Below are positions 51,397 to 63,480 of a DNA stretch of 64,000 nucleotides, piece after piece. Position 1 is the first letter of the stretch; every line of letters starts with the position of its first letter. A model generated the notes under the pieces. It worked only from the letters and a program-made list of their open reading frames with translations. It ran no database searches and was not told the DNA's origin. Source of the stretch: Pseudogymnoascus verrucosus (Eukaryota); assembly GCA_001662655.1 (NCBI GenBank), contig KV460217.1; one strand, given 5' to 3'. Both the position numbers and the translations under genes were made by a program.

Positions 51397-53662
51397 TTAA
51401 CCCGCAGCCTCATGCCTACCACTATTCTCAGCATCTAGTAGCACGCCATTAAAGCTCGGCATATACATATCCATCAGGCCATTAAAGTCGTCGTAGCCAT
51501 GCGGTAGGTACATGTTCCCTGTCTGCCCCATAACATTCTCTGCCGCATTAGACGACATGGGTGGAAACATTTGACATAAAGCTTCCAGCTCCTGGGAGTT
51601 GGGCGTCTGCACGTCCCACGTATTATCTGTAGGGGTTGTTAGCCTATATAATGACAGGAACGGGGTGTATTTAGGAACATATAGGTAAGTCTGGGGGAAT
51701 AGGGGTAAGTTAAAGAACATAACTCACCAAGGATATTCGGAATGCCATTCGCCGCCATCAGCCTCCTGATATTACCTACTGGGCTTAACACCCCCGAATT
51801 CGGCACCGTCAACTCATCTAAGCACCGCAAACTCGCAAACAGCGCACTCAAATTTTCCTCACTTCGCGTGCCTTCGGACGCAATCGTGTTCCGCGTGTGA
51901 ATTGTGCACGCCACATACACAGTGTAGCTTAGAAGGTATGGCGCACGCCGCATTGTGTATTTCTCCTGGTACGTCGAGGCGATGGAGGTTATGTTGCGCG
52001 CAGCTGTAGTGCAGCGTTTCCAGGACATGGCGGGAATCGACGACTGTCGTAGGTGGCCAAAGACGAAGGGCCGATGTAGAAGGATCACGAGTGAGTTGTA
52101 CGTAGTGAGTAGGATCATAATGTTTGGCGAGGGGGATGGAGAGGATGAGGGTGGGTCTTTAGCCCAGGGCTCGAAGACAAGGTGTGGGGGGAGGGAGGCG
52201 TACCAGCCGGAGAGGGCATCATCGACGCCTTGTAAGTGGGCGCGCGCGTTGTCGGCTGTGGCGCCGACGACATAGAATAGGTTGATAATTTTGGCCATAA
52301 TCTTAGAGAGCAGGCAAAGCTGTTGGAAGGTGGAGATGGAGTGAATCGGCGTCGGCACGACCGGCGGCATGGACGGGTTATTGGGGGATTTGGGGTCTAC
52401 ATAAGGCGTCCAGAGCTCGTTCTCCTCCATCGTATCTAATAAGTCGCGCGGAACGTGTGCGTCGCAGGGCTGAAAGGTGACAGGGCGACCGAGATATAGG
52501 CTCTGCAGCTTGTCACAGATGAAGGCGCCCCAAAAGACGCGTCGGCGGATTTCGACGTCTTCGGCGTTGCCACCCACAGCTTTGCAGTCGAGATGCAGAC
52601 CGAGATCGTACACCATTCGCAACGCGTAGCCCGTATACAGCCAACCCTTTGAGGCCATTCCCCGGGCATTAAATGTTGAGCCAAGGAGGAGAAGCCCTAC
52701 AATGGTTGGAATGCTTGAAGTGCCGAGGAGGGATTCGCTCGCGAGCAGGTTTTCGCACCGCGTAAAGAAGCGCCGGCCAATGGTCTCTGGGTCAGACACA
52801 ATATCTCGCACCTCTAGACGGTCCGAAAACTTGCTCACGCAGGCAAAGATGGCATTGAGGAGGAAGGGCGAGCAGTGGGGTCCGCCGGTGACCAGATCCC
52901 GCATGATGGCCGGTCGATATGTTAGGAGGAAGGTGTGATGTTGCCGATTCCAGTGCAGGTCGAGGAGATGCATCGCCAGTTCGGCTGGCTCATCACCAAT
53001 GGTGGTCATTTGCAAAAGGCGGTACTCCTTCTGCCGCTCTAGTAACGAGTTGGCAATGAGCTGATGGCGGAGCGGCTCATTGGTCTGACTGCTCCTCCGA
53101 TGCATAGGGTTGTCGGGGCTCAACCCGTGTAGCGCGGACGTGGGACCGTAAACCTTGACCTCTCCACGTTCGTCGACTGAAAGATAATTGGAGGGTTGGT
53201 AGCTGTCATCTTCTGATCCAACTGTCTCCCGATGCCCCTCATTGTCCTTCGAACCCTTGGAGTGGGGATTATGGGGCTGTTCGACATCTGCTTGACCACC
53301 TTGTGCCTCCGGGACGGCGCAACTAGATAGGTCTACCTTTCCATTGGTGACAATAATAGCTCCCAACCTCTTGTCACGTTCCTCTGGGGTTGCTAACTTA
53401 AGCTGGACCAAACACCTCTCTAGTGTCAATTTCTCCTCTAATAGAGCATTCATCAACATATTTGACGGCCTGTAATGATTAGCAAAGATCTGATAATCTC
53501 GGAGGCTCAAGTCCCTTGCCTTTTCTTAGGGGGCTCTATGGAATAGACACACTGGCGGTTATGTGCCATGCAGGACCCACACCGGGGCTTCTGGATATCG
53601 CACTTGGTCTTGCGGTGCCGACACGTGCGACACGCTCGGGCGAGGATCTTTGGCTCGGTCAT
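51397..53662 (-). CDS. Zn2Cys6 transcription factor with fungal-specific TF domain
   Basis: ACRTCRHRKTKCDIQKPRCGSCMAHNRQC; GWLYTGYALRMVYDLGLH, RRRVFWGAF..DKLQSLYLGRP; introns near 53472-53522 and 51568-51728. Confidence 0.92.
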
Positions 53663-53884
53663 GCTTGCCACTATGTTGATACAGGCTGCCGGAGAGACAG
53701 GATGCGTCGCAGAGTAACTGAATTGTCGGGCATAACTTGTGTGCTCCGTCCCTATAAGTCTGGATTGCGGGATCTCGGAGACACCTATACCTACGCGTTT
53801 AGGCATTCATGTCTTTGGGGTCGATACATGACCTGATTTCAACCCCACATTTTATTACCCCACCTTTTTACTACCCCGCATCAA

Positions 53885-53901
53885 CGGACTGAAAGGCCCC
53901 G
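53885..53901 (-). promoter_or_regulatory. Cluster B motif CGGGGCCTTTCAGTCCG
   Basis: In the TF/PIG3 divergent promoter; CGG-N8-AGTCCG. Confidence 0.68.
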
Positions 53902-54420
53902 ACACTCGTAAGCCCAAGCCGAACGATAACCTTACCTGAATGCCATAGGGCAAAACATCAGTCGCATTTTGGAGCCTATGTCTAGACGGGATGGTGTTAT
54001 TTTTGCATTTGCTATCGGGTTGTAGTGGTTCAGCCAGGACTGGTCCTAAAGCTTGGTATATCGGATAGCGGGGTAACTTACCAAGACCATGTACCTCGAT
54101 AAAGTTTGATACAGCAGCAATACGTCCGCTGCACCCCAATGGCTAGCTTTCGGGGCCGAAAAGCCGGAGATCAACGAAGCTTCTATCACACGGCTTGCAT
54201 ACTACTGGATGCACACTAGAGTCGGCCAGCATAAAGTAAGCAAATCCATCTATCTACCAAGGTATTACAACTACGCGTCCGCACCAAAACCCAACATTAT
54301 CTCCTGCGATAAACTACGTTGGTGAAGTTATTTTCTGGGTATTTTAATCAGCACCTCACAATCGGTATAGCACATTGCTTTCTACGCAACCGGTCGGCGC
54401 CATATCAAGACAACTCCAAG

Positions 54421-55605
54421 ATGAAAGCAGTTGGTATAAAAAATGGCCGCGGCAACGCCGATGCTTTCTTCATCGACGACAATGTCCCCGATCCAATTGT
54501 CTCTTCGGGTCGCATCTTAGTTGCCATCAAAGCCTTTGGCCTAAATCGTATGGACATAATGCAGCGCGAGGATAAGTACCCATATCCCCTCCTACCAGAG
54601 TCGGGAAAGATTTTGGGGGTAGAGTTCAGTGGGTTAGTTGAGGAGGTGGGACCGGACTGTAAGTGGCGTTTCGAAGGGAGCGGTTGATGGTGGGAAGATT
54701 CTAATGAGACAAAACAGGTACTTCGAATTTCAAGGTCGGGGACAAGGTGTTTGGGCTGGCTTATGGGGGAGCTGTGAGTGCTTGTGCTATACACTTCTAT
54801 GTTTCTCATACACGTCACTAACTATAATTCCCAAACAGTATGCACAGAAGATCTCTGTTTCTGAAAAGATGATCATGCACATCCCAGACACAATGAGCTT
54901 TGAGACAGCAGCAGGGATTCCAGAAGTCAGTTAAACCTAACCTGTCTTTTTTGACAACCAACATCCAGCTAACCCACCACCCAGACGTACTTCACTGCCA
55001 TCCAAGCCATTCATCTCGTCGGCGGGTTAGAGCCCGGCCAAACCGTCCTCATCCACGCTGGCGCCTCAGGGGTAGGTCAAGCAGCCATCCAGGTTGCCAA
55101 ACTGGGCGGCGCCTCTAAGGTTATTGTCACGGCCGGTACCGACGCAAAGTGCGACCTCTGCCGCTCCCTCGGGGCCGACGTGGCTGTCAATTACCGCACG
55201 GAAAAATTTGCCGACGTCGTGGAGCGCGAGACGGCCGGCGCGGGTATCAACCTCATTATCGACCTCGTCGGGCAGAACTACTGGCATGCCAATACAGCCT
55301 CCGCTGCCAAGGAGGGCAAAATCGTGCTGGTTGCTGCTATGAGCGGGAGCATCATCGAAGCTTTCGATCTACGCGCGCTATTGAACAAGAGGCTGTGGGT
55401 TCTGGCCACGACGCTGCGGACGAGGGACTCTACGTATCAGGGAAAGCTGCGGGATAAGTTTGTCGAGGTTGCTTTAGATAATCTAAGGTTGGGGCGTATG
55501 AGGATTACGGTTGATAAAGTGTTCCCCTGGAGCGAAATTGCAGAGGCGCACAAAAGGATGGAGGCAAATACCAATGCGGGGAAGTTGATTTGCGTTGTGG
55601 AGTAG
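54421..55605 (+). CDS. NAD(P)H quinone oxidoreductase, PIG3/zeta-crystallin (MDR) family
   Basis: AFGLNRMD, ILGVEFSG, GGAYA, AAGIPE, LIHAGASGVG, MEANTNAGKL; three introns. Confidence 0.9.
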
Positions 55606-55971
55606 TTGGCATGGTGAGATTTGCAGTTTTTCTAGAATATAAGACACCCTGGTTTTTGTACTGAACTGCAGAATGGAGTAAGATAAACTGTGATTTACGC
55701 GTCCTCCCAGATAGTTAGAGGGTAGCCAATTAGACACAGAATAATTATTGGAGATGGACAGAAAGTGTACATGTTCCGATTATTAAAGCTCTACATTCCA
55801 GAAATCTTCTACCGAAAGCTATTTGCTACATTCCTTACTAGTCATTAAATTTTATCATTTAAAAGCATTTGTGAAATTTACCGTAACCAAACACTTCAAG
55901 GGCGAATGGAAGCATAATAATTTATAATATAGTCTAAACCCACGTAAAAACATTACAACCTAATTATCTAC

Positions 55972-56946
55972 TTATCTAAAAAGCTTCTCCGAATTCGTCA
56001 CAAACAACTTCTGCCAGACCGCATCATCCGTAATCCATTCTCTGAGCACCTCAATATGCACATCATCGGGGACCTCCCTGAAGCCTTCGATATCATCTAA
56101 GCGCTGCTGGTCCGTCCTACCTTTCCTCGCAACTCCCAACTGCGTATGCGGCCAATCTGAGCCAAATACAATCTGGTCGGGTCCCGCCGCGATGACAGCC
56201 TTGACTATGGGCTCGATGGCCTTCATTCCCTCACGGCCGCTGCCGTGTCCGTTGTAAAGTCGTTCAAACCCAGACACCTTGACGGTAAGACGTCCCTCCT
56301 TCACCAACTCAAGGAAGGTCGCAAACTCGGGCGTTTTCTCCTCGCCTGGGAAGGTGCCGCCGAAGTGGTCCGCGATCATCTTGACTCGTGGGTCCATGGC
56401 ACGGATCTGTTCCGCCATTGATGCCCATGCTGCACATAATCAGCTCAGCTCTACAATATTGGCGGAGATAATCGTCGTGGAAAAATACTGACTGCGGACA
56501 TCACAGAATACACCAATGGCCCACCCAAGGCGCCCAAACCGCTCCGCCAACGCAGCAACTTTCTTCCCAATCTGCGAGCCGCCAGCCTGCTCGCCATGGC
56601 CCCAGGACATCTCATGGAGCCGGGCCCCTCGCACTCCGGCCGCGTGCAATGCGTCAAGCTCCGCGTCCGTGGTAGTGTTGACATCGATGGTGGCAAGGCC
56701 ACGGAGAGTTAGTCCAGCTGTCTGGGCCTTGCTCAAGGTGTCGATGAGCGCGGCGGGAGACGTGCCTTGCACAGAGGCATGCACGACAACAACGCAGGTG
56801 CAGCCGGTAAACTTGGAGGGGTACTCGGTGATTTGAGCGGCTTTGGGTGTGTAGGATCGCGAGGTTGGGTATGGGAAATTTACTGGGTCGAAAACGTGGG
56901 TATGTGTGTCCCAAGCGCCTGCTGGGACGAGAGGGCTGCGAGGCAT
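55972..56946 (-). CDS. Amidohydrolase-2 family protein (LigI / lactonase-like)
   Basis: AWDTHTHVFDP, RSYTP, GVRGARL, DHFGG, VKVSG, FGSDWPHT; one intron near 56435-56495. Confidence 0.85.
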
Positions 56947-57213
56947 AATGTTTATAAGACCTGCTTTTATATTCAGTGGCTTTAGATCAAAATAAAAACA
57001 ATTGGAGTCAAATAATGTGTAGAGGATGGCGGGACATTTTATATGCTTGGAACAAGGAGTGTGGACTTTTTAATAATTCCAAGGGGGTGGATAAAATGTA
57101 TAGGATATCCACGCTCGTGTCGCTGACCCTTGAGTGCGGGGTAGTTAGTTGGTGGGGTGTTTCTCAGTGTAGCGTACTCCTGCCGACAAAGATGGTTGTC
57201 GGCCTCTAGCGGT

Positions 57214-57230
57214 CGGCCTCTAGTAGTCCG
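57214..57230 (+). promoter_or_regulatory. Cluster B motif CGGCCTCTAGTAGTCCG
   Basis: Upstream of the amidohydrolase; CGG-N8-AGTCCG. Confidence 0.62.
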
Positions 57231-57684
57231 AGCACTATCAGCTTAGCCCTGCCACAGACAGACAGGATCTTTGGGGTTCCCATTTCCTACTCTCTCCAAT
57301 AATAGATGATTCAGCAAAATGCCAACTCCCAGTACCGTATCCAATATGAAGATGTTGGGCTGCATCCAATTGCTTGGTTGCTTGGAACATCTCCGAGTGA
57401 GTAAAATTTTAATCAAAATAGAGGTAAAGTTCGCGTGGAGCTAGAAATGGTTATAAGTAGTTTTACATAACAATTACACTTGCTATGTCAGTTGTTTCCA
57501 CATGAAAACATGTATGGCATGAGTGCAAATACCGTAGATTAGACTAGATCGGCGGAGCTTTCTTTTTCTGAAAACATTATAGCACGCTCGTGGCTATTAC
57601 AAAATACACGCTGTGGAGCAAGCAGTTTAAATATTGTTAATTTGATTTATTTCAAAAAATCTGAATTATAATCTCTAGTATTGC

Positions 57685-58788
57685 TCATTCAGACTTCAGT
57701 TTCTTCGCCTTCATACCCTGGGCCAAAAGCTCTGTAACATCGTTTACCGTCTTCCCTCTTACTCTTGCATCCGGTTGCTCCTTTCCAAGTTCCGAATCTT
57801 CCGCTACAGTACGGTATACTCCTGCAACTTCTTGAAACCTATAGTCATGTAAGCATCCTTCCCAATAACGAGACTCATACATCAGACTCACAGTCCCTTC
57901 TCAAATCCGCCATTCTCAGCCATCGTATCAGCAATCTCCATCATCTCATGCACCCATCGATACGCCTTCGGTGCCATCGTAACTAGCCCCTTCTCCGCCA
58001 ATGTGAGTGTTGAAGGATTATACTTCTGTAGATACTCTCTTAGCTCCTCCAAAACGCCTAGTTCCTGCGCCGTGGTAAACGACTGGATTGCCAGTGCTAC
58101 GAAGCCCTTCGTCGTGCATGCAAAGCACATTTTCAACCCCGTCGCTGACCCAATCTTCAAATCAAGATGCTGCACATTCAGTGCCGCAGACAATGCTAGG
58201 TCAGGGATTTTGTGCGGGCCCGACAAGATAAAAGATGGGCAATGCCAGTTCGGCTTGCCATCGGCACCTCTTTCTTTCGGATATGGTACTCCACCTATGA
58301 TGCCACCATCCACATGATGGACGTTTGGGTTCACGCTGAGCAACGAGTTGATCTCGATAGCTGAGTTGGGTGAAATGGCGTTCATGTCCACATAATATAA
58401 AGGAGATTTCCGTGAACCGGGTGCGGGAGAGAGGGCAGAGACGATTCGTTCTGCGGTCTCTTTGGCGTCACGAGGGGGGACGATGGAGATGATTGCCGAG
58501 CAGGAGGACACTAGGCTTTCAATGGATGGGGCGAGATTGACGCCAGCTTTACGCGCGCGTGCTTGAGTACTTTCACTATGGAGAGAACAATCAGTGCTGA
58601 ATTCTTTCAAGAAGTTACATGTTAAACTCGACAGAGGAGTAGTAAAAGGGACTTAAGCAGGTGCTTCGTTACCTTCGATCTGCTGCGTATGTGAATACCT
58701 GATAACCGTGGTCGATGAGTAGCGATGCTACCCCTAGGCCCATCTCACCAATACTGACGACACCAACACTTGTGAAAGTCTCTGTCAT
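57685..58788 (-). CDS. 6-phosphogluconate / beta-hydroxyacid dehydrogenase-like NAD(P)-binding protein (DUF1932 type)
   Basis: VGVVSIGEMGLG Rossmann motif, SIVPP, YVDMNAISP, DGGIIGG, ATGLKMCFA..TKG, KAYRWVHEMMEIA; two introns. Confidence 0.85.
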
Positions 58789-59231
58789 TTTTGAAATAAT
58801 AATTTTCCGTCTTTGGAGTAATATACTATATCTTTGAGATTTGCTAGGAACGGATGAGCACCTGCGACTTCGTCAAAAACCGAGTCCAAAATCGAGGACC
58901 TAAATATTATCACAAAAAATCAAGTGTTACTCACACTATTTAATTTACATCTGAAAAAAATATCCACAAAAAGAAACCTATTCTTATCACAGGTTTCTAA
59001 GATTGTTGGCGGGGTCGTTCAACGTCGAAGCATTCCAGGCTCCCAGCAGATACCACTAGTGGGAAGCCCCGTTTCTGTGGGCTCGGGTATCGGCACCCCG
59101 CGAACAATGCCCCGCGGACAATGCTCCATATCTGGACGTCAGACTTTAGTCCTGTTCGTCTGCTATGGGGTTTGGCGACGATCCTCCCCAGGTTTAAGCG
59201 ATCCTTGTCGAATCCTATAAAAGAGTAGACA

Positions 59232-59290
59232 CGGACAGTTACAGCCCGCCAATGGCAGCAAGAGATGGGAGGTCGGAGAGCTTCAGTCCG
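59232..59290. promoter_or_regulatory. Two CGG-N11-CCG sites in the dehydrogenase/carrier divergent promoter
   Basis: CGGACAGTTACAGCCCG (59232-59248) and CGGAGAGCTTCAGTCCG (59274-59290). Confidence 0.7.
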
Positions 59291-59745
59291 CCACAGTAGC
59301 ATGCTATCCGACGAGATTATTCGCACGGCATCTCCAATCCATCACAACCTGTTACGATAAGAAATCTCACATGACATAGTCTCAGAGAGTATCCGAAAGG
59401 CCCTTTGGCTCCATGTGGTCCTATGATCTTTAGTGGGTGTCTGGAGAGAGCTCCGCTCTCTCCTTCTGATGTCCCGACGCCGAACATGCAAGGCAGCGTT
59501 CTGTGGACAGCTCAGGTCCGATGCCACGTCTTGGGCCTAATGGAAGATGTATCTAGGTTTCAAGAGACAACGCCTCAGATTAGCATTAATTTTGTATTCT
59601 AGAATCGTCCTATTATCGCACTTTCCGTTCATACAACTCGCTCTGCATTGTTCGATATTGCCACTCCTTGACCACTTTATTACGAGAGAAACTTGTATAC
59701 ACAACACCACCATATCATATACTCGTGGACAACTGGAAACAAAAT

Positions 59746-60938
59746 ATGTCAGTGCAACCCACTGAAACATCTGTCTTGCCTGAGCAAGTAGACAAGAAAA
59801 AAGAGCGCAATAGTCCCCTTCGCTCTGTACTTGCTGGCTCAACAGCCGGTGCAGTTGAAATTGGTAAGTCGAAAATCATACAATGCAATTTGAGATTAAA
59901 ACTAATCATGTCGGCTCCCAGCTATCACCTACCCTGCTGAATGTATGTTTGCATCATGCTACATTTTATACCATAACTCCATATTTCACCTCCTACACCC
60001 GTCGACGGATATAAATATTTATTAGGGGATTTACTCACACAGATTTAGTTGCAAAAACTCGAGCACAACTCAATCAAAGATTAGTACAAGGTCAGAAGCT
60101 ACCTTGGCCAAAATTTGGTGGAGAATGGTATGCTGGGTGTACCACGCTGATCATTGGAAATTCGATCAAAGCTGGCGTTCGTGAGTGTTGCTCGGGTATT
60201 AGCCAAAGCTCAGTAGTTTCTGACATAATTTGTCGTAGGATTTGTGGTATTTGACCAGATTAAAGAGCTACTTCAAGATGCAAATGGCAATCTTTCAGGC
60301 CCCAGAACCGTTGTAGCGGGCTTGGGCGCCGGGGTCTTCGAATCAGTCCTAGCCGTGACTCCGTTCGAAAGCATCAAGACTACTCTGTACCATAGCATCT
60401 CTTCTGTTTGCCTCTACTACCGCTAACTTCTCACAGTATTGACGATCGAAAAGCAGCCAAACCCCGTCTTCGGGGGTTGTTCCACGCTGTTCCCATAATC
60501 GCCCGCGAGCGTGGCATTGCTGGATTTTATCAGGGTCTAGTCCCCACCACGGCGAGGCAATCCCTTAACAGTGCAACGCGGTTTGGCTCCTATGGAGCAT
60601 TTAAACAGATGGCACTGTCTTACAAAGAAAAAGGGGAGAAACTTGGAAGCGTTGTGACATTTGCGATCGGCGGCGCGGCGGGAGTCGTCACAGTATATGT
60701 TACGCAGCCGGTGGATACGATAAAGACGCGGATGCAGAGCATTGAGGCCAAAACACTCTATAAGAGTAGTCTGCACTGTACGAAAAAGTTAGTTCAAGAG
60801 GACGGAGTGTTTAAGCTGTGGAGTGGAGCGGTGCCGAGACTTGCGAGACTGATCTTTAGTGGTGGTATTGTATTTTCGATGTATGAAAAAAGTATGGCTA
60901 TGTTTGAAAAAGTGGATCCTGAAGGGGTATATATTTAA
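59746..60938 (+). CDS. Mitochondrial tricarboxylate (citrate) carrier, Ctp1-like
   Basis: AGSTAGAVEI.ITYPAE.AKTR, GNSIKAGVRF, VTPFESIKT, QPVDTIKTRMQ, WSGAVPRLARL; several introns. Confidence 0.9.
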
Positions 60939-61014
60939 AATGTCTTAATAAATATTCGTCGACTACTAAAAATAATATGAAAAACCATGTCCCAAGGAAG
61001 TTACGACCGGGGCC

Positions 61015-61186
61015 TGCTTGGAAACCGTTCTTTCCATCTATAGGGCTTCAAAGTATCGAGGAAGCTGCGACAGGTCGGTCTTGCTTGCAATCGCTCTTGC
61101 CATATATAGGGCTTGGAGGTTTTGAGGAAGCTGCGATCGAGAATTTGCTTGGTAGTCGTTCTTTCCATATCTACAAAGTGGAAGCT
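61015..61186. repeat. Degenerate ~65-bp tandem repeat (about 2.5 copies)
   Basis: Units start tgcttg at 61015, 61082 and 61146; shared tatagggctt...gaggaagctgcga in the first two. Confidence 0.6.
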
Positions 61187-61440
61187 CCAAAAACCGACTA
61201 TTGGTTGTGATGAAGACAGTGAGCATGCATGTTATCTAGACTAATTTTGGTCCTAATTATTAACAGAAAGAAAGAGACGCATTGCAGCCTTGTGAAACAA
61301 CTGGCTCATGCGGGAATGAGCGCAAAGAGAGTCTTCAGGATGGTTAAATTACAATCAAAATATTCAATCAAGTATAACTTACTCCAAAAAATATTCTTGA
61401 AATTATCCTGAAGGGTGGTGTCGTTGTAGTCTGAAAACGA

Positions 61441-61457
61441 CGGGCACTTATAGTCCG
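61441..61457 (+). promoter_or_regulatory. Cluster B motif CGGGCACTTATAGTCCG
   Basis: 370 bp upstream of the MFS ATG; CGG-N8-AGTCCG. Confidence 0.68.
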
Positions 61458-61810
61458 GCGTAGCTCGAGCTATAGGAAAAGCAACGACGCAAGCGCGGCC
61501 TACGGCCCCGTGTTTAGAACAGCACCCACGACCCAATCGGGCATAGGGACTCTTACAGCGGGGTAATCTCTCCAACCATGTGGGAACCATCATATTAGAC
61601 GCTGGAATCCAGTATATGGGGATGCGGGGAAAGACCAGGGTCGGCATGCCGAAAAGGACGAAATCTAGCTTCCCCGTGGGGTTGGGATATAAAAGAGGCC
61701 AGAACCTCAATTTTTCAGAACAGCCTTAGTACTATCGACAACCATTTTTTTCCACCACCATCACCATATTTCATGATCTAGTTAAAGATACCACCTATTC
61801 CTTGAGCAAG

Positions 61811-63480
61811 ATGGCCAACGTCAATCAGCTCACCGGCCCTGCTGAGCACAGCGTGAAGCGCGATGACACCTTCGTTGAGGACATAGACATCGACAAAAAT
61901 GATATCTCAGGCAGTGGATATGTTATGTCCACCTACCATTCATACACTCCAGAGTACAGTAGCGAAGTGGAAAAAAAACTCCTCCGCCGGATTGATCTTC
62001 GTATCATGCCACTCGTCGTTATCATCTATATTTTCAGCTACCTCGATCGGAATAGCGTGAGTGAAGCTACTTCTCCCTATTCCAACCTTAATGCTGATGA
62101 GATTATTAGATAACTCAAGCTCGTTTGTATGGTTTGCAAGAAGATACCAACGTTACCGGTGCAGTATACAACACTGCTATTGCCATCTTCTCTGCTGGAT
62201 ATGTCATTATGCAATTGCCCTCCACAGTCATAATGACCAAAGTGCGTCCTTCTATCTACCTGGTAAGCCATACATGCATGTCATTCTGAATTTTGGCTTT
62301 TTGCTCACTCAAGTAGCCATGTTGTATGATTGCATGGGCCATTGTCAGCGGCTCAACAGCTGCAGCATCAAGTCCTGCAGGCCTCCTTGTTGCCCGATTC
62401 ATGCTCGGGCTAATCGAAGCTCCCTTCTATCCTGGTGCAGTCTACTTCCTCTCCTGCTGGTATACAAAGAAGGAACTTGGTATACGGATGGCATTCCTCA
62501 TCTCGGGCCTCCTTCTCTCCAATGCCTTCGCTGGTCTTATCTCATCTGGCGTCCTCTCCGGTATGGCCGGCGTCGGAAATCTGGCTGCTTGGCGCTGGCT
62601 CTTTATTCTTGAAGGGCTAGCAACTATCGCAATCGCCCTAGTGGCTCTTGTCTTTCTCCCGGACTATCCTGCTACAACTAAATGGCTTAGCGAAGAAGAA
62701 ACCATCGTCGCCCAAGGCCGCTTAGCCAAGGACGCGGGTAGCGACGATGTCTTGGACGAGGAGAAAGTCCCTATGCTCCAGGGCATCAAATGGGCACTGC
62801 AAGATCCGCGTACCTGGATGTTTGCCTGCTTGCAGATGTGTGCTTCGGCTGCCATCTCATACTCTCACTTCTTCCCGACTCTAATCTCCCAACTAGGATT
62901 TACCAACAACACTACCACATTATTGCTGACCTCTCCCCCATATCTCTTCGCCTTCCTTTGGTCACTAGGCCTTGCCCTCAATGCAGACAAGATGCAAACT
63001 CGGTCGCCGCACGCGGCCATCTCAATGCTCGTCGGCATGGTTGGCACCATCCTATTGATTGCCGTACCCATCCACTATAAATACCCCCGTTACGCCTTCA
63101 CCTTCCTCGTGGCCTCGGGGTCCTTCGGTGTTTACTCCTCCACATATACCTGGCTCTCCTCTACGATCGTCCGTCCACCCGTCAAGCGCGCCGCCGCCAT
63201 CGGTATCGCCAACACTATTTCTAACACAGCAGCGCTGTTTGGCGGCTACTTCTGGCTTGACATTTACTCCCCAGCCTTCCGCGAGTCGTGGGGCTGCGAG
63301 TTGGCCTTCATGGTTTTGGGGCTGGCGTGTATCCTGACGCTGAGGCTGGTGCTGCAGAGGGCCAATAAGGCGTTCGATAAGTTGGCGGCCGAGATTGACC
63401 CCAATGATAGTGTTGCTATGGCGGCTCTGGATGATGATTCACGGCGTGCAGTACAAAATGGGTTTAGATATATTATTTGA
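61811..63480 (+). CDS. MFS transporter, anion:cation symporter (Dal5/Tna1/tartrate-like) family
   Basis: LLRRIDLRIMP, YLDRN, EAPFYPG...WYTKKE, AWRWLFILEG, LPDYP..WLSEEE, KRAAAIG; two introns. Confidence 0.92.

Noticed and set aside
54151..54166. CGG-N10-CCG in the TF/PIG3 promoter
   Set aside because: Spacing is 10 and it lacks the AGT consensus, so it was not counted as a cluster B site
20513..63480. Single secondary-metabolite biosynthetic supercluster
   Set aside because: No PKS, NRPS, terpene synthase or DMATS in the window, and two non-overlapping motif sets argue for two separate catabolic regulons
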